This document shows, in pieces, positions 18,524 through 26,902 of a stretch of DNA of 32,000 nt. Numbering within the stretch: position 1 is the stretch's first letter; every line of letters starts with the position of its first letter. The notes beneath the pieces were generated by a model. The model was not told the origin of the DNA. It ran no database searches and saw nothing but the letters and a program-made list of their open reading frames with translations. Source of the DNA: Pseudomonas aeruginosa (lineage in GTDB: Bacteria > Pseudomonadota > Gammaproteobacteria > Pseudomonadales > Pseudomonadaceae). Made by a program: the position numbers and the translations under genes. Location of the stretch: NCBI RefSeq assembly GCF_001457615.1, contig NZ_LN831024.1:3030001-3062000 (forward strand). Reading direction: 5' to 3'.

Positions 18524-18615
18524 TAAAAGGCAGGGCCAGGGCCTGCCATGGAGTTACAGCAGAACAGTTCTGCCAGGTTATCGGTAAGAAAGAAAAACTT
18601 GTCGCGCCGTATTGT

Positions 18616-19278
18616 TTATCGCGGACGAGGAAACGCTTGGCCGTATACCTTGTTCGAACGCTCCAGCGCACCATAGGCATAGTACAACTGCACCATGGAA
18701 TAGGACCAAGCCAGGAAGGCCATGGTCATGAAGACCATCTTCGTGTCGTCTCCCGGAATCGGGAAGAAGTCATATCTGAGTGCTACTACCAGGCCCGCCA
18801 GCCCGCCAGCGATGGTGGCCAGAGTATGGAGGGCTTCGCCTGCACGGGCCAGTTGCAAGGTGAAGTAGCAAAGATACAAGGTATAGGCTGACCACATGAA
18901 TACATAGAAATAAGGGAGGAATCCCTCGATGATTCCAGACAGGAAATAGACGCCGGTAGCGGCAAAGCCAGCTACAAAAATGAGGATGTCCTTGGCGGGC
19001 GACGGTTTGTAATCGTGGGTAACTGCCATTAGCCCGAGCGTAGCGATAACTGGCACTCCCACCCCTCGCGAAAAGGCGTCGAGAAAGATCGCGATGTTGT
19101 AGTTGGCTTGCCAGCCGGTGGCTATGAATGTAGTGAAGTTCGATGCCGAGATACCTACGATCAAGAACTCCAGGCCAAGCAAATAGTTTTTCCGCCTGAT
19201 GAATGCAGCGCCATAAAACAATCCGGAAATCACCAGGAGAATACATGAGAGCAGAGCGAACAAGTCTCTCGGTTCCAC
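18616..19278 (-). CDS. Hypothetical integral membrane protein (about 7 TM), no family recognised
   Basis: 220 aa, GTG start with an AAGGGG SD. Very hydrophobic and aromatic-rich. Clearly AT-richer codon usage than its neighbours, judged by eye. It has its own strong terminator. Confidence 0.65.
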   Translation of the reverse strand: MEPRDLFALLSCILLVISGLFYGAAFIRRKNYLLGLEFLIVGISASNFTTFIATGWQANYNIAIFLDAFSRGVGVPVIATLGLMAVTHDYKPSPAKDILIFVAGFAATGVYFLSGIIEGFLPYFYVFMWSAYTLYLCYFTLQLARAGEALHTLATIAGGLAGLVVALRYDFFPIPGDDTKMVFMTMAFLAWSYSMVQLYYAYGALERSNKVYGQAFPRPR

Positions 19279-19373
19279 GTTAACTGCCCCTTCAGATAGA
19301 GTTGTATCGATGCCTTGTGTCTAATCGGTGCAAGGGAGTACGGGCATAACCCCATTAACTCCCCGCATCGTTA

Positions 19374-20741
19374 TCAGCCGTTCAAGGCTTTGTCTTTGCG
19401 CACTTTCTTGTCGGTCCATGCATCCAGTAGCCTGGCGGCCGCAAAGGCCGTCTTTATGGCGCACCATTGAAGTGGCTCGGGTAGCATGGATGGCGTCTTG
19501 TGTTCCAGCGCCGCTAGCAGCGGAGGCTCTCCACCGCCGATTCGCTCGGCGAAAAGCGCGCCCATGAGCGATTGAGTGGCAAGGCCATGCCCTGAACATC
19601 CCGCCGTATAGAAGATGTTCTGCCTGGCCCCTGTCACCCCGACCACGGGGAGGAAGTCGTAGGCCCCGCTGATATACCCGCTCCAGCAATGCCGAATGGC
19701 AAGGCCCTGCAAGGAAGGAAAACGCTCGCGCAACACTCTCGACAACGCGGCGTAGGCGGCGTGGTCCGGAACATTGGGTGTCTTCGAGCCGTAGGCATAA
19801 CCCAATTGCTTCACGGTCAGCAGCAGGGTGTCATGGGCCGTCAGGCGATGACTTTCCATGGTGTAGTGCGGCGTAATGAGGCCTTCACGCTCTTGCCAAC
19901 CCAGGGACGCCAGTTGCTCCGCCGATAGCGGCTGGGTTTCGATTGCCGAAACCCGGATCGGTGCAACCTTGTTGCGGAGCACTCCCAGCTGAGGCGTGTA
20001 GGCGTTGGTCGCCAGAACCATTACAGGGGCGGTGGCGATACCCTGGGCCGTATTGCAGGTAATCACCTGCCCTTCACAGTAGGAAAGCACCGGCGTGCGT
20101 TCGTACAATTTCACGCCAGCCTTGATTGCCGCACGACGCAGGCCGTTGACGTACTTTCCCGGATTCAAGGTGCCGCCACGCTGCTCGCTGCCAAACAGGA
20201 ATGCGGGCGGTATGCCTCGCGCGCGCATCTCGGCGCTATCCACGAAGCGCGTGACAGAGCCCAGCGCGTGGCCAAGCTCCATGTTCGCTCGCAGTCGCTT
20301 TTCCTGGCTGGGATGGACGGCGGCCCGGATGATTCCCGAGGGCGTGTAATCGCAATCGATGTCCAGCGCAGCCAAACGCTCTTCCACATAGGTGACGGCC
20401 TCGTCATAGAAACCGACGAACTTACGTGCCTGCTCAAGCCCCACTCGCTTGACGAAAACCTCGCATTCTATGCCCATGCTGCCGAGCAGATAGCCGGCAT
20501 TGCGCCCGCTGGCCCCGAAGCCTGCGAACTGCTGTTCCAGAACGATGACGTTCGCTCCACGCGCCCTTAGTTCCAGCGCCGTTGACAGGCCGGCGAACCC
20601 GGCGCCGACCACGACTACGTCTGCGTGCTCGTGGCCTTTCAGCGCCGGCTGCAGGTCGTCTGGCTGCTCCACCCATCCGCCAAGGCTGCGGAATCTCATG
20701 GGTTCGGCATTGTTGCGTGCCGCTCCGTTGAAGGCATTCAT
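19374..20741 (-). CDS. FAD-dependent (DAO-family) amine oxidoreductase, PuuB (gamma-glutamylputrescine oxidase)-like
   Basis: ORF 19374..21011, trimmed to MNAFNG (GGGAG SD 8 nt upstream). VVVVGAGFAGLSTALEL dinucleotide fold, GFGASGRNAGYL and a C-terminal GCSGHGL, as in PuuB-type enzymes. Confidence 0.8.
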   Translation of the reverse strand: MNAFNGAARNNAEPMRFRSLGGWVEQPDDLQPALKGHEHADVVVVGAGFAGLSTALELRARGANVIVLEQQFAGFGASGRNAGYLLGSMGIECEVFVKRVGLEQARKFVGFYDEAVTYVEERLAALDIDCDYTPSGIIRAAVHPSQEKRLRANMELGHALGSVTRFVDSAEMRARGIPPAFLFGSEQRGGTLNPGKYVNGLRRAAIKAGVKLYERTPVLSYCEGQVITCNTAQGIATAPVMVLATNAYTPQLGVLRNKVAPIRVSAIETQPLSAEQLASLGWQEREGLITPHYTMESHRLTAHDTLLLTVKQLGYAYGSKTPNVPDHAAYAALSRVLRERFPSLQGLAIRHCWSGYISGAYDFLPVVGVTGARQNIFYTAGCSGHGLATQSLMGALFAERIGGGEPPLLAALEHKTPSMLPEPLQWCAIKTAFAAARLLDAWTDKKVRKDKALNG

Positions 20742-20802
20742 TCTCATCACTCCCGGGTTGCCGGACGTTGTTCCTCTCATGGGCCGATCCATGGCAGTGC
20801 CG

Positions 20803-21690
20803 CTAGAACCCCTTCCCCGCCTCGGAAAAGGAGGGCATGCCCAACAGCTCTTGCGGGTCACGCATCTGACCATCGATCTCCACCCAACCCAGTAGCGTGG
20901 AACTGGCACTCCATCCCAGCAGACGCTGCATTTGCGAGGGGAGCTGCCGAACGCGCTCGACGGGTATGGAAAGGAAGTGGTTTTCTTCCAGGCGCAGGAA
21001 GGCCAGGTCATAGGCCATGGTCAGGCCTGTGCGAGGAGCGTCGGATCTGTTGGCGCCACCGCCGTGATATACCGATCCCAGCCAGAGAAGCGCAGTGCCT
21101 GCCTTCATTTCTGCGCCGATGGTTTCTTCCTGGGTGGGCATCCGTTCGTCATCCCATTGATGACTGCCAGGAATGACCCGCGTCGCGCCGTTCTCTTCGG
21201 TGAAGTCGGTAATCGCCAGCATGAGCTGCAAGCGAGCCTCGCGACCATACTGCGGATGCCGCCAGAGCGAAGTGGCATCGTCGCGATGCAGGGGTTGAAG
21301 ACCTTGTCCAGGCCCGATCTGTATCGCCTGGGTCATGCTCAGTTGGATATCGGGCGTGATCTCGACCCGATCGTTCCCTACCCAGACATGGGTGGGAGTC
21401 TGCAATACCTGCTTTGCCGTCTCGAGGAACAGGGGGGTCAGTGCCACTTCCACGGCGGAGTCGCTTTTCGCCAGGATCCGCGCGGTACGTCGAGTCTGGG
21501 TGCCGGCGAAGTAAGGGTCCATGCCGCAGGGGGTAACGCCCAGATAGCTGTCCAGGTCCTCGGTAAGAGACTTCAAGGTTTCTTCCGAGACGAAGTTGCA
21601 AATAGCGACAGCGCCATCACGCCTGATGATTTCCACTACCTGCTCGATCGGGGTGTCGCAGCTGACTGTCGTCAATCTTCGCGTACTCAT
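20803..21690 (-). CDS. Phytanoyl-CoA dioxygenase (PhyH) family Fe(II)/2-oxoglutarate dioxygenase, paralog 2
   Basis: 295 aa. LHRDDA (HxD), VYHGGGAN (distal His) and FTEENGATRVIPGSH. This block is nearly identical to the one in paralog 1. Confidence 0.85.
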   Translation of the reverse strand: MSTRRLTTVSCDTPIEQVVEIIRRDGAVAICNFVSEETLKSLTEDLDSYLGVTPCGMDPYFAGTQTRRTARILAKSDSAVEVALTPLFLETAKQVLQTPTHVWVGNDRVEITPDIQLSMTQAIQIGPGQGLQPLHRDDATSLWRHPQYGREARLQLMLAITDFTEENGATRVIPGSHQWDDERMPTQEETIGAEMKAGTALLWLGSVYHGGGANRSDAPRTGLTMAYDLAFLRLEENHFLSIPVERVRQLPSQMQRLLGWSASSTLLGWVEIDGQMRDPQELLGMPSFSEAGKGF

Positions 21691-21812
21691 CTGATGCCTA
21701 CCTGTGTGGTGTTGTCATTGTTCTGCAGGGCTTCCGCAATCAACCTCAGCCCATGAGCGTTCACTCTCATGCGGTCAGACCGCCCTCTCCTTGCGCCTGG
21801 CACGGAAAGGAG

Positions 21813-21855
21813 GTTTGATCATACGACATGATCATGTGATCAAGTCAAACGATTA
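21813..21855 (+). promoter_or_regulatory. Operator-like array, site 2 (PhyH2 / tetR divergent region)
   Basis: GTTTGATCATACGACATGATCATGTGATCAAGTCAAACGATTA, with three TGATCA cores at 21816, 21829 and 21837. Ungapped match to the reverse complement of site 1. Confidence 0.6.
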
Positions 21856-22138
21856 ATAATTCTGCGTGGCATCTCGGCGCTCAGGAAAGGCCTGCCGAAT
21901 CAAGATCCGGCTCTACGCGGGTTCGCGCTGGCGATAGCGGATTGCCCAGGCTCGATCCTGTTTCGCTTCGGCTACACATCGCCGGCGGTCGGAGCGAAAC
22001 ATCTGGAGAGACAAAGGGTCGCTGCCTCGGTCCTCAAGCGTGTCGACTCATGGATTGGGGGACGGCCATGCGTTAGCATTCGTCCCGGTCGACAGCGGAC
22101 CAGTCGCCTGGCGGCAACACCGAAGAAGGAGAAGCTGA

Positions 22139-22720
22139 ATGGCTCGAGTGGGCGCCGAAGTGCGCAGGCAAGACTTTATTGAGGCCGCCGTGAAGGTGAT
22201 CGCGGAATATGGTGTGGCGAATGCCACTACGCGTCGCATCGCGGCCGCGGCGAATTCTCCATTGGCCTCCCTGCACTATGTCTTCCACACCAAGGACGAA
22301 TTGTTCGACGCGGTCTATGAGTCCCTGATAGACAAGCCACAGCAGTCCTTGCTGCATGTTACGGCGGGAGCCACGGCGGCAGACTCGGTAGCAGAGATAT
22401 TGCGCCAGTTGGTCGGGTGGTTCACCACGCATCCGGAACTGGCGACTACGCAGTTCGAGCTGTTTTTCTGGAATCTGCGTAACAACCCCGCTATGGCGAG
22501 CAAGATCTACACCGATTCCGTCGAAGCGACGAAGCAGGCCATTGAACAGGTCGCTGGCTCGGTGCTGGACCAGGAAGCGCTGGCCACTGTCAGTCGCTTG
22601 CTCATCAACCTGTTCGATGGCTTGCTTCTCGCCTGGTCCGCCCATGGTGACCAGGAGCGGCTGAATGCCGAGACCGAAGCCGCCTGCCAGGCTGTGAAGC
22701 TGTTGGTGGCCAGCTTCTGA
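22139..22720 (+). CDS. TetR/AcrR-family transcriptional regulator
   Basis: 193 aa. N-terminal HTH RQDFIEAAVKVIAEYGVANATTRRIAAAANSPLASLHYVFHTKDELF. GAAGGAGAAG SD upstream. Confidence 0.9.
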   Translation: MARVGAEVRRQDFIEAAVKVIAEYGVANATTRRIAAAANSPLASLHYVFHTKDELFDAVYESLIDKPQQSLLHVTAGATAADSVAEILRQLVGWFTTHPELATTQFELFFWNLRNNPAMASKIYTDSVEATKQAIEQVAGSVLDQEALATVSRLLINLFDGLLLAWSAHGDQERLNAETEAACQAVKLLVASF

Positions 22721-22745
22721 TCTTTTCGAAGGCGCATCTCTAGAG

Positions 22746-22777
22746 AGGGGCATGGTGACACGGTTCGCCGTGCCCCT
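22746..22777 (+). terminator. Weak hairpin downstream of tetR
   Basis: AGGGGCA / TGCCCCT 7-bp stem with an 18-nt loop, followed by GCTCTTCGGG. There is no real U-tract. Confidence 0.2.
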
Positions 22778-23047
22778 GCTCTTCGGGCCTCTTGCCAGTT
22801 CAGGTGCGGCGCCTCTTCTAGTTCTCCTCTCCCCGCCTCCGCTTCCAGCGGAATCCTGGGCGGCTATCTCGCCGGTCCTTCCCCCTCATAGTCCTGCAAG
22901 TTGACTGTGCGCTTCTCGTCCATGCAACAGGCCTTCCGCCATGGCCTGGCGGGAACTGGCTGCGGCACCTAGGTGCAAATAAACCCAAACCGATGGAAAC
23001 CTGGTGCATTTCGCACCTTGTACCAGCAACTCGCTCGCGCCTATTCT

Positions 23048-23080
23048 GGTCAAACGATCAAGTCAAAAGATCAAGTCTCT
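23048..23080 (+). promoter_or_regulatory. Operator-like array, site 3 (directly upstream of the BVMO gene)
   Basis: GGTCAAA CGATCA AGTCAAA AGATCA AGTCTCT, with 13-bp periodicity. It ends 23 nt before the BVMO ATG. A possible sigma70-like TTGTAC-N17-TATTCT lies just upstream at 23019-23047 (speculative). Confidence 0.6.
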
Positions 23081-23103
23081 ATAACACAACAATAGGAGGC
23101 GAC

Positions 23104-24630
23104 ATGTCCTCTCACACTGCTCTTCCAATTGAGCCGCTCGATGTTCTGATCATAGGAGCCGGTGTGTCTGGCATCGGCGCTGCGGCTTACCTTCGACGTC
23201 ACCAGCCGCACAAGGTGTTTGCGATTCTCGAGTCCCGGGAGCGAATGGGCGGCACCTGGGACCTGTTCCGCTATCCCGGCATACGCTCCGACTCGGACCT
23301 GTACACCTTCGGCTTCGACTTCAAGCCTTGGACCAAGGCGAAATCTCTGGCGGATGCCGCCGACATTCTCGAATACCTGCGAGAAGCCGTCGCTGAATAC
23401 CAGTTGGACCCCTTCATCCAGTACCGGCAGAAAGTGGTCTCGGCGAATTGGCAGAGCGACAAAGGGCTGTGGGCAGTATGCGTCGAGGACGGCCACACGG
23501 CAGAAACCCGCACCATCGAATGCCGCTGGCTGTTCAGCGCAGGCGGCTACTACCGTTATGACCAAGGCTTCAGCCCACGCTTCGAGGGCGCGGAGCAGTT
23601 CAAGGGGCAAATCATCCACCCGCAACACTGGCCCGAGCGCTTGGACTATCGAGGCAAGCATGTGGTGGTCATCGGCAGCGGCGCAACGGCGGTGACCCTG
23701 ATTCCCGCCATGGCCGACGAGGTCGCCAGCATCACCATGTTGCAGCGGACGCCCTCCTATATCGTCAACCAGCCCGCCAACGATTCCGTTGCCGCTTTTC
23801 TTCGCAAGATTCTGCCGGCGCAAACCGCCTACTCACTGACGCGCTACAAGAATGCCAAGATCACCCTGGTCTTCTGGCGATTCTGCCAGCGCTTCCCCGG
23901 GCTCGCCCGCAAGCTGCTCATATGGCTGACCCGTAGAGAATTACCGAAAGGCTATCCGGTCGACGTTCATTTCAACCCGCCCTACAAGCCCTGGGACCAA
24001 CGCTTGTGCTCGGTTCCCGAAGGCGATCTTTTCAAGGCCATCAGTGCAGGTAAAGCCTCGGTCGTTACCGACCATATCGAGCGCTTTACCGAGTCCGGTG
24101 TCTTGCTCAAGTCCGGCACGGAACTGAAGGCCGATATCATCATCACGGCCACCGGTCTGAACGTGCAGTTGTTCGGCGGTATCGCCCTGCACAAGGATGG
24201 CGAGCCGGTAGTGTTGAGCCAGACGCTGGCGTACAAGGGCACGATGCTTTCCGGCGTACCCAATTTTGCCTTTGCGGTGGGCTATACCAACTCATCCTGG
24301 ACGCTGAAAGTATGCCTGCTGTGCGACCACTTCTGTCGCTTGCTGGGCTTCATGGACAGCCAGGGCCATAACGTCTGCGAGCCGAAGGCGCCGGATGGTG
24401 TCGAAACCCGTCCCCTGCTGGATTTCGGGGCCGGATATGTCCAGCGGGCATTGGATGGCATGCCGCGCCAGGGGCCTCGCGAGCCCTGGGTGATGTCGAT
24501 GGATTACTTCCGTGACATCAAGCTTTTGCGCCGAGGGAAGGTCGCCGACGAATGCCTCCGGTTCAGCACGGTGCCTGACGCCTACCTGCACAGAAGCGTG
24601 GCGCTTCAGACTCAGGGCGGCGGGCGATGA
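23104..24630 (+). CDS. Type I Baeyer-Villiger (flavin-containing) monooxygenase, EthA-like
   Basis: ORF 22993..24630, trimmed to MSSHTAL (AGGAGG SD). GAGVSG FAD fold, BVMO fingerprint [12 protein letters not shown] (FxGxxxHxxxWP) and a second Rossmann GSGATA. Confidence 0.9.
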   Translation: MSSHTALPIEPLDVLIIGAGVSGIGAAAYLRRHQPHKVFAILESRERMGGTWDLFRYPGIRSDSDLYTFGFDFKPWTKAKSLADAADILEYLREAVAEYQLDPFIQYRQKVVSANWQSDKGLWAVCVEDGHTAETRTIECRWLFSAGGYYRYDQGFSPRFEGAEQFKGQIIHPQHWPERLDYRGKHVVVIGSGATAVTLIPAMADEVASITMLQRTPSYIVNQPANDSVAAFLRKILPAQTAYSLTRYKNAKITLVFWRFCQRFPGLARKLLIWLTRRELPKGYPVDVHFNPPYKPWDQRLCSVPEGDLFKAISAGKASVVTDHIERFTESGVLLKSGTELKADIIITATGLNVQLFGGIALHKDGEPVVLSQTLAYKGTMLSGVPNFAFAVGYTNSSWTLKVCLLCDHFCRLLGFMDSQGHNVCEPKAPDGVETRPLLDFGAGYVQRALDGMPRQGPREPWVMSMDYFRDIKLLRRGKVADECLRFSTVPDAYLHRSVALQTQGGGR

Positions 24631-25502
24631 CTGCGGATCGGTTCTGCGAGCTACCGGGCAAGCGTAGCCTCTGCTATCGCAGCCACGGTCCGGAAACCGC
24701 GCCTGCGGTCATCCTCATCGTCGGCCTGGGGCTGCAATTGATCTACTGGCCTGAAGCGCTCATCGCCGGCCTGGTCGAGCGGGGCCTGCGCGTGATCACG
24801 CTGGACAACCGTGACTCGGGCAGGTCTTTCTTCACCGAGGTTACCCCGCCCTCGACCCTGCAACAGTTCTTCCGCAAACCGACTGCGGGGTATGACCTGG
24901 GCGACATGGCCGACGATGTGATCGGCCTCATGGATGGCCTGCGCCTGGGGGCGGCGCACGTCGTAGGGATGTCGATGGGCGGCATGATCGCCCAGACACT
25001 TGCCGCTCGTTATCCGCAGCGAGTCATGAGCCTGGCGTCCATCTTCTCGACGACAGGATCGCTGCGAGTAGGCCAGCCAGCGTTCAAGACCATCTTGCAG
25101 CTTCTCCGGCGTCCTCCCCGGAACCAGCGGGAGAGCGTTCGCGACTATGTGGAGATCATGCGTTCCGTCGGTACGACGCTGGAATGGGACGAGCAGGCCC
25201 ATCGCGACTACGCCATGCAAGCCTGGGAGCGAGGCGGCGGGGAAGCGAGCAACCTCGGGATGGCGAGGCAGATCGGCGCCATCATCAACTCGGGCGACCG
25301 AACGCAGGAACTCCAGCGAATTCGCTGCAACACACTGGTCATCCATGCTGAGAAAGACCTCATGGTCGCCACCAGCGGAGGCTTCGCCACGGCGGCGGCC
25401 ATTCCCAGGGCACGCTTGGTGCTGTTGCCGGGAATGGGGCATGACTTCCCCGCCTGCCTGACAGGAACGCTGCTTTCCCTGCTCGCAGGCCAAATGCATT
25501 AG
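24627..25502 (+). CDS. Alpha/beta-fold hydrolase (putative esterase partner of the BVMO)
   Basis: 291 aa. Nucleophile elbow GMSMGG and C-terminal GMGHDFP. The start overlaps the BVMO stop (ATGA at 24627-24630). Confidence 0.85.
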   Translation: MTADRFCELPGKRSLCYRSHGPETAPAVILIVGLGLQLIYWPEALIAGLVERGLRVITLDNRDSGRSFFTEVTPPSTLQQFFRKPTAGYDLGDMADDVIGLMDGLRLGAAHVVGMSMGGMIAQTLAARYPQRVMSLASIFSTTGSLRVGQPAFKTILQLLRRPPRNQRESVRDYVEIMRSVGTTLEWDEQAHRDYAMQAWERGGGEASNLGMARQIGAIINSGDRTQELQRIRCNTLVIHAEKDLMVATSGGFATAAAIPRARLVLLPGMGHDFPACLTGTLLSLLAGQMH

Positions 25503-25518
25503 TACGGAACATCCCTTC

Positions 25519-25547
25519 AGGGGCGGGTGGGTGCCGCCCCTCTTTTT
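25519..25547 (+). terminator. Rho-independent terminator of the BVMO-esterase operon
   Basis: AGGGGCGG / CCGCCCCT 8-bp stem with a 7-nt loop, followed by CTTTTTA. It lies 17 nt after the hydrolase stop. Confidence 0.8.
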
Positions 25548-25732
25548 ACACCTCGGGACTTGCATGGGGCTTTTCGAAGTTCGTGCTTATCCAGGCCCAC
25601 ATAAGACAAAAAGGTTCCCGGTTGATTCTCGACCGCAGAGCCATGCATCACACGCCGGAGCCGTTGGTTCGCCCTGCGCGTGAATTCCTCCACTGCCGTT
25701 CAACAACGACAAAAATCGAGCAAGAGGTACGT

Positions 25733-26890
25733 ATGGAATTCAAGTTCTTACTCCCCGCCAAAGTCGTGATGGGACCCGACCTGCGCGAGCGCACCGGCGA
25801 ATACCTGCGGGAACTCGGCATGGCGCATGTGCTGATCGTGACGGACGCCGGGGTAAAGGCCGCAGGCCTGTTGAATGGCGTGTATGCCAGCCTGAATGAG
25901 TGGGAGATCGCGTTCGACGAGATATCGGAGGTCAAGGCAAACCCTCGCAGCGAAGACATCAACCAGGCGGCGCAGCTGTATCGCGGCAAAGGTATCCACG
26001 GCCTGCTGGCCATCGGCGGCGGCAGCGCGATGGACGCGGCCAAGGCGATCAGCCTGCTGCTGACCCACGAGGGTCGGATCGAAGACTACGAGGGCTCTTT
26101 CACCCTCAGGCACGCCATCCCGCCTATCGTCGCCATCCCGACCACCGCCGGAACCGGCAGCGAAGTGACCTGCTTCTCGGTGATCACCGATACCGCCCGG
26201 CATTTCAAGATGAGCGTCCAGGATTACCGGGTGGGCCCCGTTCTGGCATTGCTCGACTCCCGCATTCTCGACACGCTGCCTGCATCGATTGCCGCCGCAA
26301 CCGGCATGGATGCCCTCACCCACGCCATCGAAGCCTACACCTGCCGTGTGTCGAATCCGATCAGCGACGGGCTGGCGCTGCATGCCATCCGCCTGATCAG
26401 CCAATACCTCAGGCCCGCCGTACTGGAGCCGGGCAACCTGCATGCACGCGAGCAAATGCTGGTGGCCAGCCTGATCGCCGGCATGGCCTTCGGTAACGCG
26501 GACGTCGGCAGCGTGCACTGCATTTCCGAAGCCATCGGTGGCATGTACGACACGCCACACGGCGTGGGCAACGCGATCTTCCTGCCCTTCGTGTTCGGCC
26601 ATAACCGCGACGCCGACATCACCCGCCACGCGCAGGTCGCCTACGCATTGGGTATCGACCCCAACCTCTCGCCGGCCGAGGCCGCCGAGGCCGCCGTTGG
26701 CTACCTGTTCCAGATGAGCAAGGACCTGGGCATCCCCCGCTTCGCCGAGGTGAAAGGCGTGCGCGAGGAAGACTTCCTGAGCATCGCCGAAAAGTCGAAG
26801 AAGAATTTCTCCGACGGCAGCAATGCCAAGCAAATGACGGTGGAAACCTACCGTGAAATCGTCGCCGCCGCTTACCACTACGTAGCGTGA
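25733..26890 (+). CDS. Iron-containing (group III) alcohol dehydrogenase
   Basis: ORF 25583..26890, trimmed to MEFKFLLP (AAGAGG SD). GGGSAMDAAK motif and metal-binding His residues (DALTHAIEAY, CISEAIGGMYDTPHGVGNA). Confidence 0.9.
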   Translation: MEFKFLLPAKVVMGPDLRERTGEYLRELGMAHVLIVTDAGVKAAGLLNGVYASLNEWEIAFDEISEVKANPRSEDINQAAQLYRGKGIHGLLAIGGGSAMDAAKAISLLLTHEGRIEDYEGSFTLRHAIPPIVAIPTTAGTGSEVTCFSVITDTARHFKMSVQDYRVGPVLALLDSRILDTLPASIAAATGMDALTHAIEAYTCRVSNPISDGLALHAIRLISQYLRPAVLEPGNLHAREQMLVASLIAGMAFGNADVGSVHCISEAIGGMYDTPHGVGNAIFLPFVFGHNRDADITRHAQVAYALGIDPNLSPAEAAEAAVGYLFQMSKDLGIPRFAEVKGVREEDFLSIAEKSKKNFSDGSNAKQMTVETYREIVAAAYHYVA

Positions 26891-26902
26891 AGGAGGCCCG
26901 TC

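Noticed and set aside
20742-21011. 90-codon N-terminal extension of the FAD oxidoreductase ORF, overlapping the 3' end of PhyH2
   Set aside because: The extension is Trp/Cys/Arg-rich nonsense that precedes the dinucleotide-binding fold. A GGGAG SD sits 8 nt before the internal Met at 20741.
21798-21813. TGGCACG sequence resembling the -24 element of a sigma-54 promoter
   Set aside because: The expected -12 TTGC element at the correct spacing is absent (the sequence is GGAG instead). No enhancer-binding-protein gene is nearby.
21960-22000. Inverted repeat GTTTCGCT...AGCGAAAC (8-bp arms, 25-nt loop) in the tetR upstream region
   Set aside because: Long loop, no U-tract and no second copy elsewhere. 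It is plausibly chance in a 280-bp leader. It is noted only as a possible mRNA structure.
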